Below are positions 12,173-25,045 of a stretch of DNA of 64,000 bases, in pieces. The notes under the pieces are model-generated. The model was not told where the DNA came from and did not search any database. It saw only the letters and a list, made by a program, of their open reading frames with translations. The position numbers and the translations under genes were made by a program. Each line of letters starts with the position of its first letter. The first letter of the stretch is position 1. The stretch comes from Podarcis liolepis. Its lineage: Eukaryota. The stretch is taken from NCBI GenBank assembly GCA_965112155.1, contig OZ218102.1; one strand, written 5' to 3'.

Positions 12173-15100
12173 CATGTGTGCACATCTGCAGAAACCTCCA
12201 GTTTTTGCTACAAGAGTCAAATTAACTGCTCTGCTGACTTTTGCTTCCACAAGGAATTCAGTGTTTGGATTGAAAGATTCCTCACCCTAACCTAGTTAGG
12301 GCCATTGGCAAATGTCTGCCCTCATAGATATTCAAAAGAGCACCAATCAGGTTTTTGTGTTCTCAGTGGAATATAGGGAAGAGGCAGTTTCTTGACTACA
12401 TTTAGCCTCATCACTTTAGGTTTTTAAGTTCTCAATGTTACTTGCTGATCACTTAGATGGGCAATTTTCAATTAGCTGAATTCTCTGCACATCATTTTTG
12501 AAGGTGCTATTCATAGGGATGTTGCAGCTGACTTCAATTCTCCAGAATACTGCTCTGGACATTTTGCTCACCCACTGCAAACGTAAGTTTAATGAGTTAC
12601 TGGTGGCATGCAAAATATAGTTGGTTTGGATATGTGGTTCACCAACCAGCGGTTGATGAGCAGCAGGAAGGTGAGCAAACATAACACCATGCCATCCAGG
12701 GGTTCATCCTTATTGGTACAAAATAGATTTCCAGCTATGCTTGAGGGAAAAATCACAGTTCAGGATTATTCACATGAACATTTCTTCTGGGAATATTCAT
12801 TTGAGCAGAGCATATAGAAGGCATGGATGGGAGTGGTAACTCAGTATCCTGGAACTGTTTGCATTGGCCTCACTGGCATATGTAGGACTCACATGGGACT
12901 CGGCTGAATAACTAATGGTATAATGTGGAACATGCAGGATTTGGAGCAGAGAACCTCATAGGAGTGGGAGCTTTTTGTAGCATTGCTTGCACAGGTATTG
13001 AGCACCAGCAGGTAAAAAGAATCTTGCCACCCCTGAATAATTGAGATGTTTCTGGGCTTCAACCAAGTACAGTAAGTTTTTAGAGAAGTGAACAATTTTA
13101 GGGATGTTTGGTTTCATCTGAAGCTGGAAACTGTAAAGATGTCTTCCTCTGCCTCGAGTACTGCTGCTTTGTTTAAGAGCTTGCTGGCTTCAATGTTCAT
13201 GACTCATGGTGCTTGGAAATCTGACACTTGTGGATCCTCTCTCGAACTGGTAATATCTGGCTTTGCACATATAACTTGTTCTCCCCTCTCAGTGAAACCT
13301 GAGCCACTTAGATTAAAAAGGGAACTGCACTTCCAAAAGATTTTGCCATTGGTTTATTCGGACAAGTGTATACTTGAATGACCTCACTGTACTGGCATGC
13401 AACTCGTTTCTCTGAATAAAATTAGTTGCAAGTAGATAGGTGAGAGCTCTTTTCTGAAGGTCAAGGAAATTATTATGTGAGAGTAGCACACCGGCTACTA
13501 TATTCAGATAACAGAGCCAATAGTTTTCCCAAGATTGTTTGGAGAAGGGGAAACTGATGTTTTTCTGGCTGTCATTTGGAAAAACAGGATTCTTCAAAAT
13601 AATTTAAATAAGTTTGAGAGAAGGGCAAATTTTGTCAGGCTTATACATGTCCTGCTCACCTATGGTAATTAAGCATCATTCCCAGGTGACCAAATAGGGA
13701 AGCTTTTACAAACTGGGTATGATATAGCCAAAGCTTGAGTACTTTATTTTCTTTTATTCCAATGATAGTCTCTAGTTTAAATCAACAGAAATACTTAACT
13801 TTCGTTCACTGTAATTGCTGAATGTGCCTTGTGATAGCAAATGTACTGCCTTTTGAACTGAAGCTGACTAGAAGGGGAGGAAGGGAGAATTAGGGGGTTG
13901 GAAAACCTTTAAAATAGTTTAAATAACTATTCACTAATGTTGCTGGCGATGACAGCGCTGTTATCTTTTGTAATTATAGAACTGCCTGAAACTTAGTCTT
14001 GATGCTGTTTGTTACAAATTATGCTCATCTTCTAAACTCTAGTCATGACTTTTGGTTCCAAATTTAGCACTGCCTTTCAGGCAAGAAAGGCTTTAACTAC
14101 TGGCAGTACAGCTCTTTAAATGGGTTCTGTTAATTAAAAAAATAATTCCCAGCTGCTGCCATATTGGGACATAGCAAAGAGGAAACTAGTTTGCATCAAG
14201 GTGAGTACAGAGACGATAAATAAAAACTGATGGATCGTATCATTTTCCCTTTAACATTACAAACAGTAAATTTGGAAAAAGGGCTTGTTAAACATTTTTG
14301 TTGTGACCCTTTTCAGAAGCTCAGGTACATAAAGCTTGCACCAAGTAACAACAAAACTATTTTTTAGCCTAACAGACAAAAGGTGGTATCCTACTAAGTT
14401 CTACTTAAAGTAGGCTCATAGACTTTAGTTGTGCATAAACCATTGATTTCAATGGTCCTCCTCTGAGTAGGATACCACACAGATTGTGGGAAAATGTAAT
14501 GCTAAACAGCGAAGATGTAAATTTTGACTAATACACTGCTAGGAGAAATTGCTCCTTTTTAGAATTATAGAAAAGTAGTGCTCATTCATAATGGTACACG
14601 AACTTGAAAACAAGACTATATACAAAGGCAACTGGCCAATTCTAATTGAAACCTGAATAAGCTCATAATTTTTTTCTGCACTGAGCTTAACAGTTAATAT
14701 ACACTCAGAAGCGCCTTTCAGCCGAGGACTGATTTGTACATCAAAATTAACCATTTATTTTTGAGTAGCTGATGGGCATGAACGATTTGTCATGAGGGAA
14801 AGTAATGGATTTTGAGAATCAAAATGCCTATTCAAGGAAATAGCTCCTGTGATGTTTCATGAGCTTAGAGATGCGAGCGGAAAGGAGGCAGCTAGCAGTT
14901 AGGAAGAGGCACAGAGTCTGCCATCAGGCTCCCTACAGAAGCAGCTGGTTCCAAGAGGCAAGAGGCTATTGTTCTGGGAGGATAAGGCCTTGTTGAGGCT
15001 TTCTACCACCTGCCTGAGTGCCTGCAGCTGCTCAGGGCACCACCAAACCATCACACCTTGCACTGGTGCTGGTGCAGGCTGCCCTAAAGAGGTGATACCA

Positions 15101-15744
15101 AAGCACTTTCCCCCCTCTTTGGTTTGCATCTTTAGGATATGTTGAGGGCAAGGGTTCACCCTCTTTTAATCGTTTTATAGGTTTTATGTTCTGTATTTGT
15201 CTTTTCCTCTGGGGGGGTTGTCATGTTCCCTCCTTAAGGCCAGATGGTACTTCCCCCTTTTCCAGGGAATCATTCATCACTCCCTAAGACCCACCCAATC
15301 AGCTCTCTATGGTTAGCTTTAAGAAGCCAAGGCAGGCAAGGCTCAAGGGACAGGCGGTTAGCTGCACTTCTTCAAGCAGCTTGCTCAGATCCTCAGGCTG
15401 CAATAATCCAAGCTGATCCAGTACAAATGGAAGAGACAAGGCTCTGGATGCCTTGATTAGACGTGCTCTAACTGTGGCACTCAAAACTATCCAAAAATCT
15501 GAGCCACCTTGTCCCTTGATTGTTGTTAGCCACCCTGAGCCCGGCTTCGGCTGGGGAGGGCGAGGTATAAATAAAATTTATTATTATTATTATTATTATT
15601 AAGCACCCTGCAAAGTTGCCCCAGGAACCTTTCCAGATTGTAGCCACGGAAGACGGTTTTGTATGATGAGAGCTGTCTTGTGTCACCCATGCTACATCCA
15701 GGCAAAGTTGCTGGGAGTTGTCATCAGATTTTGAATGAAGTGCC

Positions 15745-16570
15745 AACAATATGCAGGTGACGCTCAGCTCTGTCTCTGTGTTCCATCTGAAGTGGGAGAG
15801 GTGGTTGATAAGCTGTATATGGGACAATAAACTGAAGTGGAATCCTGAGAAGACCGAAGTGTTGTGTGTCCCAAGTTCTCACGTCCGGGAGGTGGGGAGA
15901 CAGCCTATTCTGGCCAGGCCTGCACTCCTCCCCTGGAGTGCAGCATCACAAATACTCCTGAATTCAACACTGCCAATGGATGCTCAGGTAGTCTTGATGG
16001 CTAGGAGTGCTTTTTTTGAACTCCAACCAGATCGCCAGCCACGGCTCCTTTCGGAGAGGAATGACTTGCTTGCTGTACTCCATGCTCAGGTATCTTCCAG
16101 GCTGAACTACTGTAATGCACTCTCTATGTGGCCGTCCTTGAAGAACATTCAGAAACTTCAATTGGCCCAAAATGCAGCAGCCAGATTTAGGTATCACATA
16201 AGCCCCGTTTTAAAACAGCTGTGTTGGCTGCCAGTTTGTTTTGGGCCAAATTCAAGGTGCTCACATTATTGTTTAAAGCCCTAAATTTAGGCCCCAAATG
16301 GAGGAAAGACCATGTCCTTCCCTTAAGACACTCTCTGGTGTTAAGATCAGCAGAAGAAGGCCTCTTCGTAGTTCAAGCCCCCTCAGAAGCATTGTCTAGG
16401 ACTAGATCATATGCCTCCCTCTCCACTGAGGTGCATCTGACAACTCCAGTATAAAGATTTCTGCAAATGCTGAAGACACACCTCTTTCCCCTGGCCTTTG
16501 ACTCCTCAGATGTATATTGTTGGAACCCACCCTATTTTTGTGACTGTAAGTTGTTTAAATTGTTGAAACC
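15745..16570 (+). mobile_element. L2 LINE 3' fragment (degenerate ORF2 end)
   Basis: ORFs 15751-16284 and 16221-16454 give NKLKWNPEKTEVL, SRLNYCNAL, IQKLQLAQNAAAR, HISPVLKQLCWLPV and FKVLTLLFKALN, hallmark L2 ORF2 C-terminal motifs. Confidence 0.9.
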
Positions 16571-17539
16571 TGTCTTGGCACCTAAGCACAACTAACTCTG
16601 GATTCAACCTCATAATCAAACCAATGAAGTGAGATCAGCACTGATAAAGTATCCTGGAACTTAACAAGACAAACTCTACATTCCATTCTATTGGTCGTAT
16701 GATCTGTTTATGCCAACTAACCAATGGGTTTTCTAAACTGGATATTCAGTTTTTCCAAGGTTTCAGGTGCTCTTGCAAAATGGTCACCAGGGGATTCACT
16801 GGGAAATTGTGGCCTAACGCTGCAAAGTGGTACTTGTTTATTTTTCTTTATCATGACTCCTGTTTCAATTATGCTTTCAAAGCCATTGAGTGGTTCACAA
16901 TGAAGAAATAAGCCACATTGAAAAGATGTTCTCTGCTTAACGAATCACCAGGTAATTTTGTTATATACTGTCATAGAAGAGCACTGGCGGGATCTTCTTA
17001 TGCTTTCACAGACGGAGGATGAGTTTGTCTAGTTTCATAATGCTTGAGAGTCTGTTTTTTAAAAAGGATGACACAGCAGCTGATTTAGATGACTTATCAT
17101 GAGTAGGATCATTCTTGCAAAAATATGAGTGTGTTCTGGTCCTTGCCTGCTTCTAACCACTCACAATATGAAAAACAGTATTTAAAAAATGGTCTAGGTC
17201 TATACCTATCACTTCTTTGCTCCCTTGTCCATACTACAGCTGTCTTCTTGACCCACATTTGAATCCAAACTGGGTGCTTTCTTTGGAGGAAATGGTGTAA
17301 CACTTTTAGCTGAATTCTCATCACCAAGGGCTTCAGTTTCTATCTCCCCATGCACACACTTTTGATAAAAATGACAGCAGTGGTGTTTGTTTTGTCACCA
17401 TGTTAGTGCTGCTACTTGTGCCTGGGTTAGCTATAATTCCTGCTCAGAATCCTCTTATCTGACACTGGAGTCGGTCTGTCTGACACAAGCAAGGAGCCCT
17501 CTCTGCAGTGCCCTGAAAACAAGTAATGGCTATTTTGCT

Positions 17540-17798
17540 CCTACAAGCTGAAGTAATTGACATCACCTTGGATGGCTTTAAAAGAGAATTAGACAAATTC
17601 ATGGAGGATGAGGCTATCAATCTCCATGTTGTACAGAATGCCTCTGAATGCCAGTTGTTGGGAATCACAAGCAGGGAGAGTGATCCTGCACTTAGGTGCT
17701 GCTTAGGGGCTTCCCATAGGCATCTGACTGGCAACCATGAGAAAAGGATAATAGACTAGATGGGCCTTTGGCCGTATCCAGCTGGGGTCTTCTTATGT
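17540..17798 (+). mobile_element. CR1 LINE 3' end fragment
   Basis: 'ttggatggctttaaaagagaattagacaaattcatggagga' (LDGFKRELDKFME), ending 'gactagatgggcc..tccagc..tcttcttatg'. Confidence 0.85.
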
Positions 17799-20674
17799 CA
17801 TCATCTGTGTTATCTGCAACCCTCAAAACCTATGCCAAAGTTTTGTGCTGGTTTTGTGTCATAAGGATGGGATTTTGTGTTACAAATGACATACCCAGTG
17901 GTGGGTCCTAAGAAAGAAAATCAGGACTATTTCACACCTAAGAATCAAATGAATTTCACTATAATAAGTGACTTCCAGCATGAATAATTATTTGCAAATA
18001 TACTTTCCAGAAATATTTCAGGGATTCAAATATTCCCCCATAATCCTGATAAGAATAGCTAGAATGAAATTTTTAAAGAAGTATTTCTGAGTAAAATTTG
18101 AGCTAGGAGCAAATTAATTCCTTTCTTCTTTCCAGCAGAAAGGAAATAACTCCTTATGGCCAAAGCATCTTCTCTGCTGTAGCATTTTCAACAAGAGAAT
18201 TTGTAATAGAAATGTGGATGTGTACTGCCCACCGAGTCCTAGACAGTGGTTCTGCAGATGAGCTGTGTGAATGATTCACTGAGTTGCCAACCACAAATAG
18301 AGCCTGCAGAGTTTAAAATTAGCACCCTAATAACCTCTCCAAAGTTCCCAGAGGTTTACTGAACAACTTGGCACTTCAATACAGTTGAGAAAACACAACA
18401 GCGCTTTTTCAATTTACACCACAAAAATACTTCCAGTGTACCCGAGGTAGGGAGATGGGACTGAGAACATATATGGTACTGCCGGGCTGCAAATTGTTAA
18501 GACAGATTCTGCTTCAATAATGTTATAGTTCCTTCCTTTTAAACAATTTTCCTTGCCACTCCCCCAAACCTCCAATGTAGATTCAACACATCAAATTCCC
18601 AGCCACTGGACACTCGTGAACAAACTACACCTTCCTCTCTGACCAGATACAGACCTATGGAAAATATTAGTCAAAGCAAAGTGCTTTGACTACTTGAGGG
18701 ATGTTATAGAAAAGCTTAATGTTGTTATTAATCGGCATGAACAATTCATCCATGTGTAAGAATGATGCATGGAATCCATGGGATGTACCCTTTTCACACA
18801 CTTTCCCAGTGTATTTTGGTGTATTTAATGTGTAGCTTATATTTTAACAACAGCCACAAGCAGGGGGGAAGCAGGACTGGGGCATGCAGAGACAGGGTTC
18901 AATGCTCCCCTCTGACATGCCCCTTAAGCTGCTATTAACTTTAGGAGGAAAGCTACCATTGGTGGCAGTGGAAAGCATTACTTCCATGGCTAACAGGATC
19001 TTGGGCAGGCAAGAGATTTTTCAATCAAATCACAGTAATCCCTGCAGTTCTGATTGTGATTGGGGCCCCTAGGGATGTTGTCATAGGAAAACACATACTT
19101 GTTCAATGTACTCATGTATTTAACATCAAATCATCTCTGGCCCTCAAGACTCTGCAATAGCGACATCAGTAATAGTTTATTTAACTGGGCAAGCAGTAGG
19201 CTTCCATGAAGATCTGCATTCTAAAATCAATTAAGCTAGCTGGTCTAAATCCAAGAACCTGGTTTCATACACTCTTTACCTATGTTACACAGGAAGGAGA
19301 AACCAGTCTAGAATACAACTGCCAGAAGCACGTTAAGTTAGAGGGCATTAGCCTTGCTAGGCCTCCCAATCTGGATGTCATATGGCATCCGGCATGGGCA
19401 AGGTAAAAGCCACAGCTGGAAAGCACCAACTGAGAGTTTAAAAGTGCGCTCTTGATTGTTCCTTTGTAAGCTTGACTTCCATTGGGCATTGTTTAAATTT
19501 GGTGCCAAACGCAAGCTGTGCTGCTTTCGGTCTGCATTGGTTCCACGCAGGAGCTTCCAATTTATAGTCACAACAAGTCCCATCATTCCTGACTCGTGGC
19601 CATGCTTGCAGAGGCTGATGGGAGTTGGGAGTCCAACCTCTGTAGGCCATCATGCTGATTACAATGCCCTGCTCTATCTAGTGCATTCATTTGCTGACAA
19701 GTCTACTTCATTTCCTCATCAAGTCAAGTCACCAGCTGCCAGTTGCACAGGGTCCTTTCAAATTATCAGCACACCTTCTCTCACATATTAGCTCACTCTT
19801 CTAAATAATGACTTTCCTGAATACACCATATATCACTAGGTGGATCAAATTAGTATTAAAGCTGTGCTTTTATGACAGAAAACCTATTTCTGGAAAAGGA
19901 CCTCATACAGGGCTATCTGAGATAGAAACCTATAATACAATTTTTGAAAGTATTCTGACAATACTCATTAAACATAAAAAACTTACTATAATGCAATCTC
20001 ACACAAAACACAATATGAAAGATTAACGTTCAGCATAACTTTGCAGCTTTACCTCTCAGCAGGCACTTCACGTTAAGACGTGTACATTAGTAGAAATATT
20101 AATCTCAGCAGGGACTTGAGCTCCATGTACTCTATAATGCCCCCAGCTATTTTTAAAATACAGAACTCCTCCAAGATTAATTGTTTTTATAACTCTGAGA
20201 TGGAACATGTTGAGCAGAGTTGCATGTACATTTTCAGTAGCAAGTGCCAGAGGGCAGCTGCTAATCTGCAGGTCTGGTGAATAACCATAATATGCATTGT
20301 GTTGTTTTTTTTAATGAAGCAGATGCCAAACCGCACTTGTTAGTCATGTTCAGCCGTTTTACATATTACTCAAAATCGTTCACTTCCAGCATTTTTTTTT
20401 TACCATGTTTTGAAAAACTTCTCGATATTTGAACTTTTTGAGTTGTCCTTTCTTACCCTCTGATTATGAGATCCTTTAGTATTTTAGCATTATGTTTTTC
20501 AGTTTAGTCTCCATGACTAGGAGCTGTTTATTTGGCAGTTTTGTTACACCAGAACTCTACAAATGTTTCCCCATAGAACGTAAAAACAAATTGTGAATGG
20601 ACATCTCTTTAACAGTGAGACCTTCGAGGAGCCACAGTTATACTTTAAAATTGTATGTCACTGTTCCTCCAAGG

Positions 20675-20845
20675 AACCCAGGAGAGTATATAAATAGTTA
20701 TCTAATTTTACCCTCACCACTACCTTGTTAGACCAAGACACAGTGGCTTGCCTAAGGCTGCTTAGTGAACAGCTGAGCAAAGATTTGAACCTGGCTCTCC
20801 TCAGTCCAAATCCAATACACTGTCCATGACATCTCAACTGGCTAC
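20675..20845 (-). mobile_element. MIR/Squam-like tRNA-derived SINE relic (similar copies at ~39945-40110 and ~44610-44800)
   Basis: Core-like 'agtggcttgcctaagg...gagcaaagatttgaacctgg..ctcc..agtcc'; degenerate, family assignment tentative. Confidence 0.55.
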
Positions 20846-23800
20846 ATCTCCCTGCTACATCTCTTCCCTTCTTAAAAATATTTACAACCAACACTGGTGT
20901 AAGTCATTATTTAACTTGGTTCCCGTAATTTCACAAGATGGAATTTGGAACTATTAGATTCTGTGCTTGTTAAACACTTCAATCCAGACTTAACATGAAT
21001 CTATACATTTTTTCCAACCACCTTGTTTTTAAAAGCCATGTGCTTTATTTAGAAACCCAAGTATTATTCTGACTTGATGCAATCATTCAAAGTCATTTTG
21101 TTTGGCTATATACTTCACACAACTTACATGTTTGCTTATCGTACGCTGCCCTTGCAAATGTGGCCCATACCTTGATAACCACGGTGCTCAGTTTCTCTTA
21201 AACCTCTTGTTAAAAAGGAACTTTCTGCATGTACAATTTGATGGTAAGGCCAACTGGCTTGGCCAATGCCTTTCTGACAGTGCAACCTAAAACATGGTTC
21301 TGGTATCCTCTGCAGTGCAGAAGAGGTTCTATACCTTTCACCTTGGCATTCCTCATCAGATAGGGAAAGGCTTCATGGAAGATAGAAAGCACTGGTAATG
21401 ACAAATGTATTTCTATTAAACTTACCGCAAATTCCTTATGATGGCTGCCTTTAAGGCAGCAGATAGAGAACATAAGCCTGCTTTGTTGGTTATCAAGCAG
21501 ATATTCCAACCCCTCCTGAACCCTTATCCTTATGGCTGTGCTGAGACACATCCCACTTTCAGAAATCCTACCACTTCATTTTAAGTTGACAGGCACCTTA
21601 ACGTGGAACGTACCTTCAGATATAAATCATTCCCCACATGCTTTTAGGGATTCACTGTCAAATTACTCTTTGGTATAGCTCCCCTTCCCATCCCTTGTAA
21701 AAGTGTGTTTTAATTTGTTATTAGTTTATGTGGGCGCAGAGGGTACCGAGTGTATTTTGCTTTGCAAAGCTTCTCAAGCACCAGCTGACAGCTGGGTGGA
21801 GGGTGAAGTGCGCTAATTATTATATTACTTCCAGCTCTAGAACATAACCATAGTTAAGCATTGGAGGCTGAACACAAGCCGCATTTGCCATTTATGATAG
21901 CAGCATGTCAGCCTTACTGCAAGTGTTAAAGCATAACGTCATCTACAATTAGTAGGGATCCTTGTGTTGCCTTGTAAGACTCTGTCCCGGAAAGTGTAAA
22001 ATTCCGTAACCCTGAAGGGCAGCTGCATCGACAATAGCTCTCCAAATGTCTCCCCCCCCCCAATTTTACAACCTTTGTCTAAATCACTGCTCTTTTACAG
22101 CCAGATTTACTGCATTCCTCAGTAGTATTTTATCACTTGGGAGTCTGGCTTGCAGTCACTTGCCCTGCCTGTTTAGGAGGGTTTTGGGGGGTGAGAAAAG
22201 AATGGAAGTCAAGATGACTCTTAGCAACAGTGTTTTCAGAGTAGGTTCTTCTGTTACCTGGAGCCAGTGAATCACTGAGCCTTCCCCTCTACTGCTTAGG
22301 TAAATGTCTGGTCCTGGTCCACAGGTGAGAAGCTTACCCTGCAACAACCTGCCCATGCCATAGTCAGTCCTTCTGAAAGTGGGCCAGACCTCGAAAAAGA
22401 AGATCTGCAACATGGGACTTCTCACCTTACACCATGGTGAATAAAGGAGAAGTGCTGCAGCAGCTCCCTCACCACTGGGGATGCTGGCTGATGAGAGGCA
22501 GAAAGGGGCCCATTTTTGGTCCTGATGATGTCATCCACTATCTATTCCAGTCATCTCCCTCCCTGCTTTAGCAGGATACTTATTTATTTAACATTGCTGA
22601 CATGGCAGTAGCTGCCATGGTCTTACAAGCAACAGAGTGAACAGAAATGATTTGCCCCGTCATTTGTCATTCAAGCTGCAGACTGTGCAAGATTTTTATA
22701 TTATCCATCTTGTTTATTTCAGCACTAAAGAAGCTAGCCGGTGGTTCCTTTGCTGTACTGTACTGAAGAACACCATTCAGAATATGCTTGTTCTTCACAG
22801 ACCATCACATTTTCTTACCTTCTAGCTATGTCATGGGGAGATAACTGAAAAGCTTTCAAAGTGAAACTTAACTACTATATTTCTGGTCACACAATGCAGT
22901 GAAGTTCTGCATGCAATTGGGGGGCAAGCAAGGCACACAATGGTAGTTTTGCTGAAGCTTCCTCTTCAGGTACCTGCACTACTCAAAAAGCAACCTTCTC
23001 TTAAGCTACAACTGTATTCATTATTATTTTGACTATGCTATTAGCACACACGGTGCCTTAGAGAGCAACGTAGGCAAAAACTGATAGGCACCCACCCCAA
23101 AGAAGAATACAACTAGAAAAACAGAGGGACAAGAGGATGAGCAGGAATAGATGCTTACCAAAGAATGTGGGTGATGCATATTCAAAACGGAAATTGAACT
23201 TTAAATATATATTAATTTAAAAGAGTTGCCTCTTCAGCAGAGAGGCCATTTCAAAGAAAGCTTCCAAAATCTTACTCTATTCTGGTATTTTCAAGGACAA
23301 CTAAAGAAGCACAAGGAACTACTCACACTTCCCAGACCACAGTTTAAGAACTAATACATTAACCAAACCCTGTAATCTAGCTTAATAGCGTAAAAGGCAT
23401 AGGGCCAACAGCGAAGCAGCTTAAAAGATGCAACTTTTAATACAAATCCATTTAAATACATGCTTGTAAGATTCCTACTCTACTTTTCCACTATGAAAAG
23501 GCCTCAGGGCTATTTACAACCAGCATTACAATAAAAGCATGTCAAATATCAAAATGCAGCATACTATTTTACAAAACCCTTTATATTATAGTAAAAAAAT
23601 AGTGCTTTTAATTAAAGGCTTGGGTAGCTAAGATAGTCTTGCAGCACAGTCCTATGCATAGTACTCAGAAGTAAGTCCCAATTAGACTTACCCTGAGGTT
23701 GTGTAAAAAATGACAGCCATAGCCTATCACTGAAATTATAATGGAGAGTTCCAGCCACATATAGTTTGCTTCTTGTCACTGACCGGGTAGTAGGATTGAA

Positions 23801-24330
23801 GTCTGACTGATCAAGTGTCATCAGTTATTGGTCAAATACAAATCTATCAGAAGTGTAACAAGAGAAAGTATTTTACAATGACAAAGACTTCTGTCTCAGG
23901 TCCTAAAGTTCAGCTGACCAAGATAGGAAAAGTGCTGAGAATACAACAGAAGAGAATACTACAGACCAATCATGAATAATCTTATGATACTGACTAAAAC
24001 TATCCAGGCTCATTCCAGAATACAGGGAAGCAAAGGGTAGTGTTTGCCTCCCTCGTCATGAACATTTCAAATCCAGCATAGGGTGAAAATACTATTCCTT
24101 TGTTGATCAGATGCCTTGGAATAAGAGCTGCTCCATCTGTGCTAGACACACATGATGGATGCCCCTCAATCCAGTGTTGGTTGGTATTTACCTTGGCTAA
24201 TCTCTTAAGGGAGAGTCTGAAAGGCAATGAGACTAGTAGACACAGCACCCCTCAAGTACCCCAGGTAGTTCTGCTCATCCCTTGTTAAAATGTGCAACTG
24301 AATTAAAAATACCTATTTCACTCTCTATGC

Positions 24331-24533
24331 CAGTGGTTCAAAACTTTTCTCCCATGGACTACTTGAAAATTGCTAAAGGTCTTGGTGGACCACTTAATTT
24401 TTTTCCTGCCTATCATAGCAATTGTAGTGCATTGTGTTAGATATTGTTGTGCAAGTTTAAATTGTATTTTTACAGACATGCTGCAGACCACCTGAATGAA
24501 GCTCGTCTGCAGACCACAGTTTGGGAACTCCTG
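24331..24533. mobile_element. hAT (Charlie-like) MITE
   Basis: Ends CAGTGGTTC..AAACT / AGTTTGGGAACTCCTG; perfect 8-bp TSD CTCTATGC (24323-24330, 24534-24541). Confidence 0.88.
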
Positions 24534-24715
24534 CTCTATGCATTAAGAACATCTGCAAGGGAATATTTCCTATACCCAAAGTGCCTTTGAAGCGAGTCCT
24601 GATTTCAGTGGGGCTTACTTCCAAGTAAATGTAGTTAGGATTGCAGCCTTGGCACATTTGTAAAATGCCCTAAGCAGTAAGCTGCTCCCAGAACAACAAA
24701 GTAAAGCTGAAGAGT

Positions 24716-25045
24716 TGTAAGAACAGCCCTGCTGGATCAAGCCAAGCCCTATCCTGTTTCTCACAGTGGCCAGCTAGAAGCCTGTAGGATGCCCACAAAC
24801 AGGGCAAAAGGCCTCTCGCACTGTTGTTCCCCAGCAACTCTTATCCAGAGGCCTATTACATCTGATCCTAGAAACAGCATATAGCCTTCATAACTAGGTG
24901 CCATTGATAGCCATACATTTGTCTCTAATCTCTTTTGACAGCTATCTAAGTTGGTGGTCATCAGCACATCTTATGGCAGTGAATTCCATAAATTAGCTAT
25001 GCAATGTATGACAAAGTACTTTTTCCTGTCCTAGATCTCCTGTCA
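24716..25045 (-). mobile_element. CR1 LINE 3' fragment
   Basis: 'taagaacagccctgctggatca..cctgtttctcacagtggccagc', similar to the 1053-1648 copy. Confidence 0.75.

Noticed and set aside
12400-13600. Possible endogenous viral element
   Set aside because: No viral polymerase, capsid or glycoprotein motifs seen in the frames read; better explained as a decayed cellular exon
22488-22512. CTGATGA-GAGGCA-GAAA hammerhead-like core
   Set aside because: No pairing for stem II (no G-C closing pair) and no flanking stems I/III found
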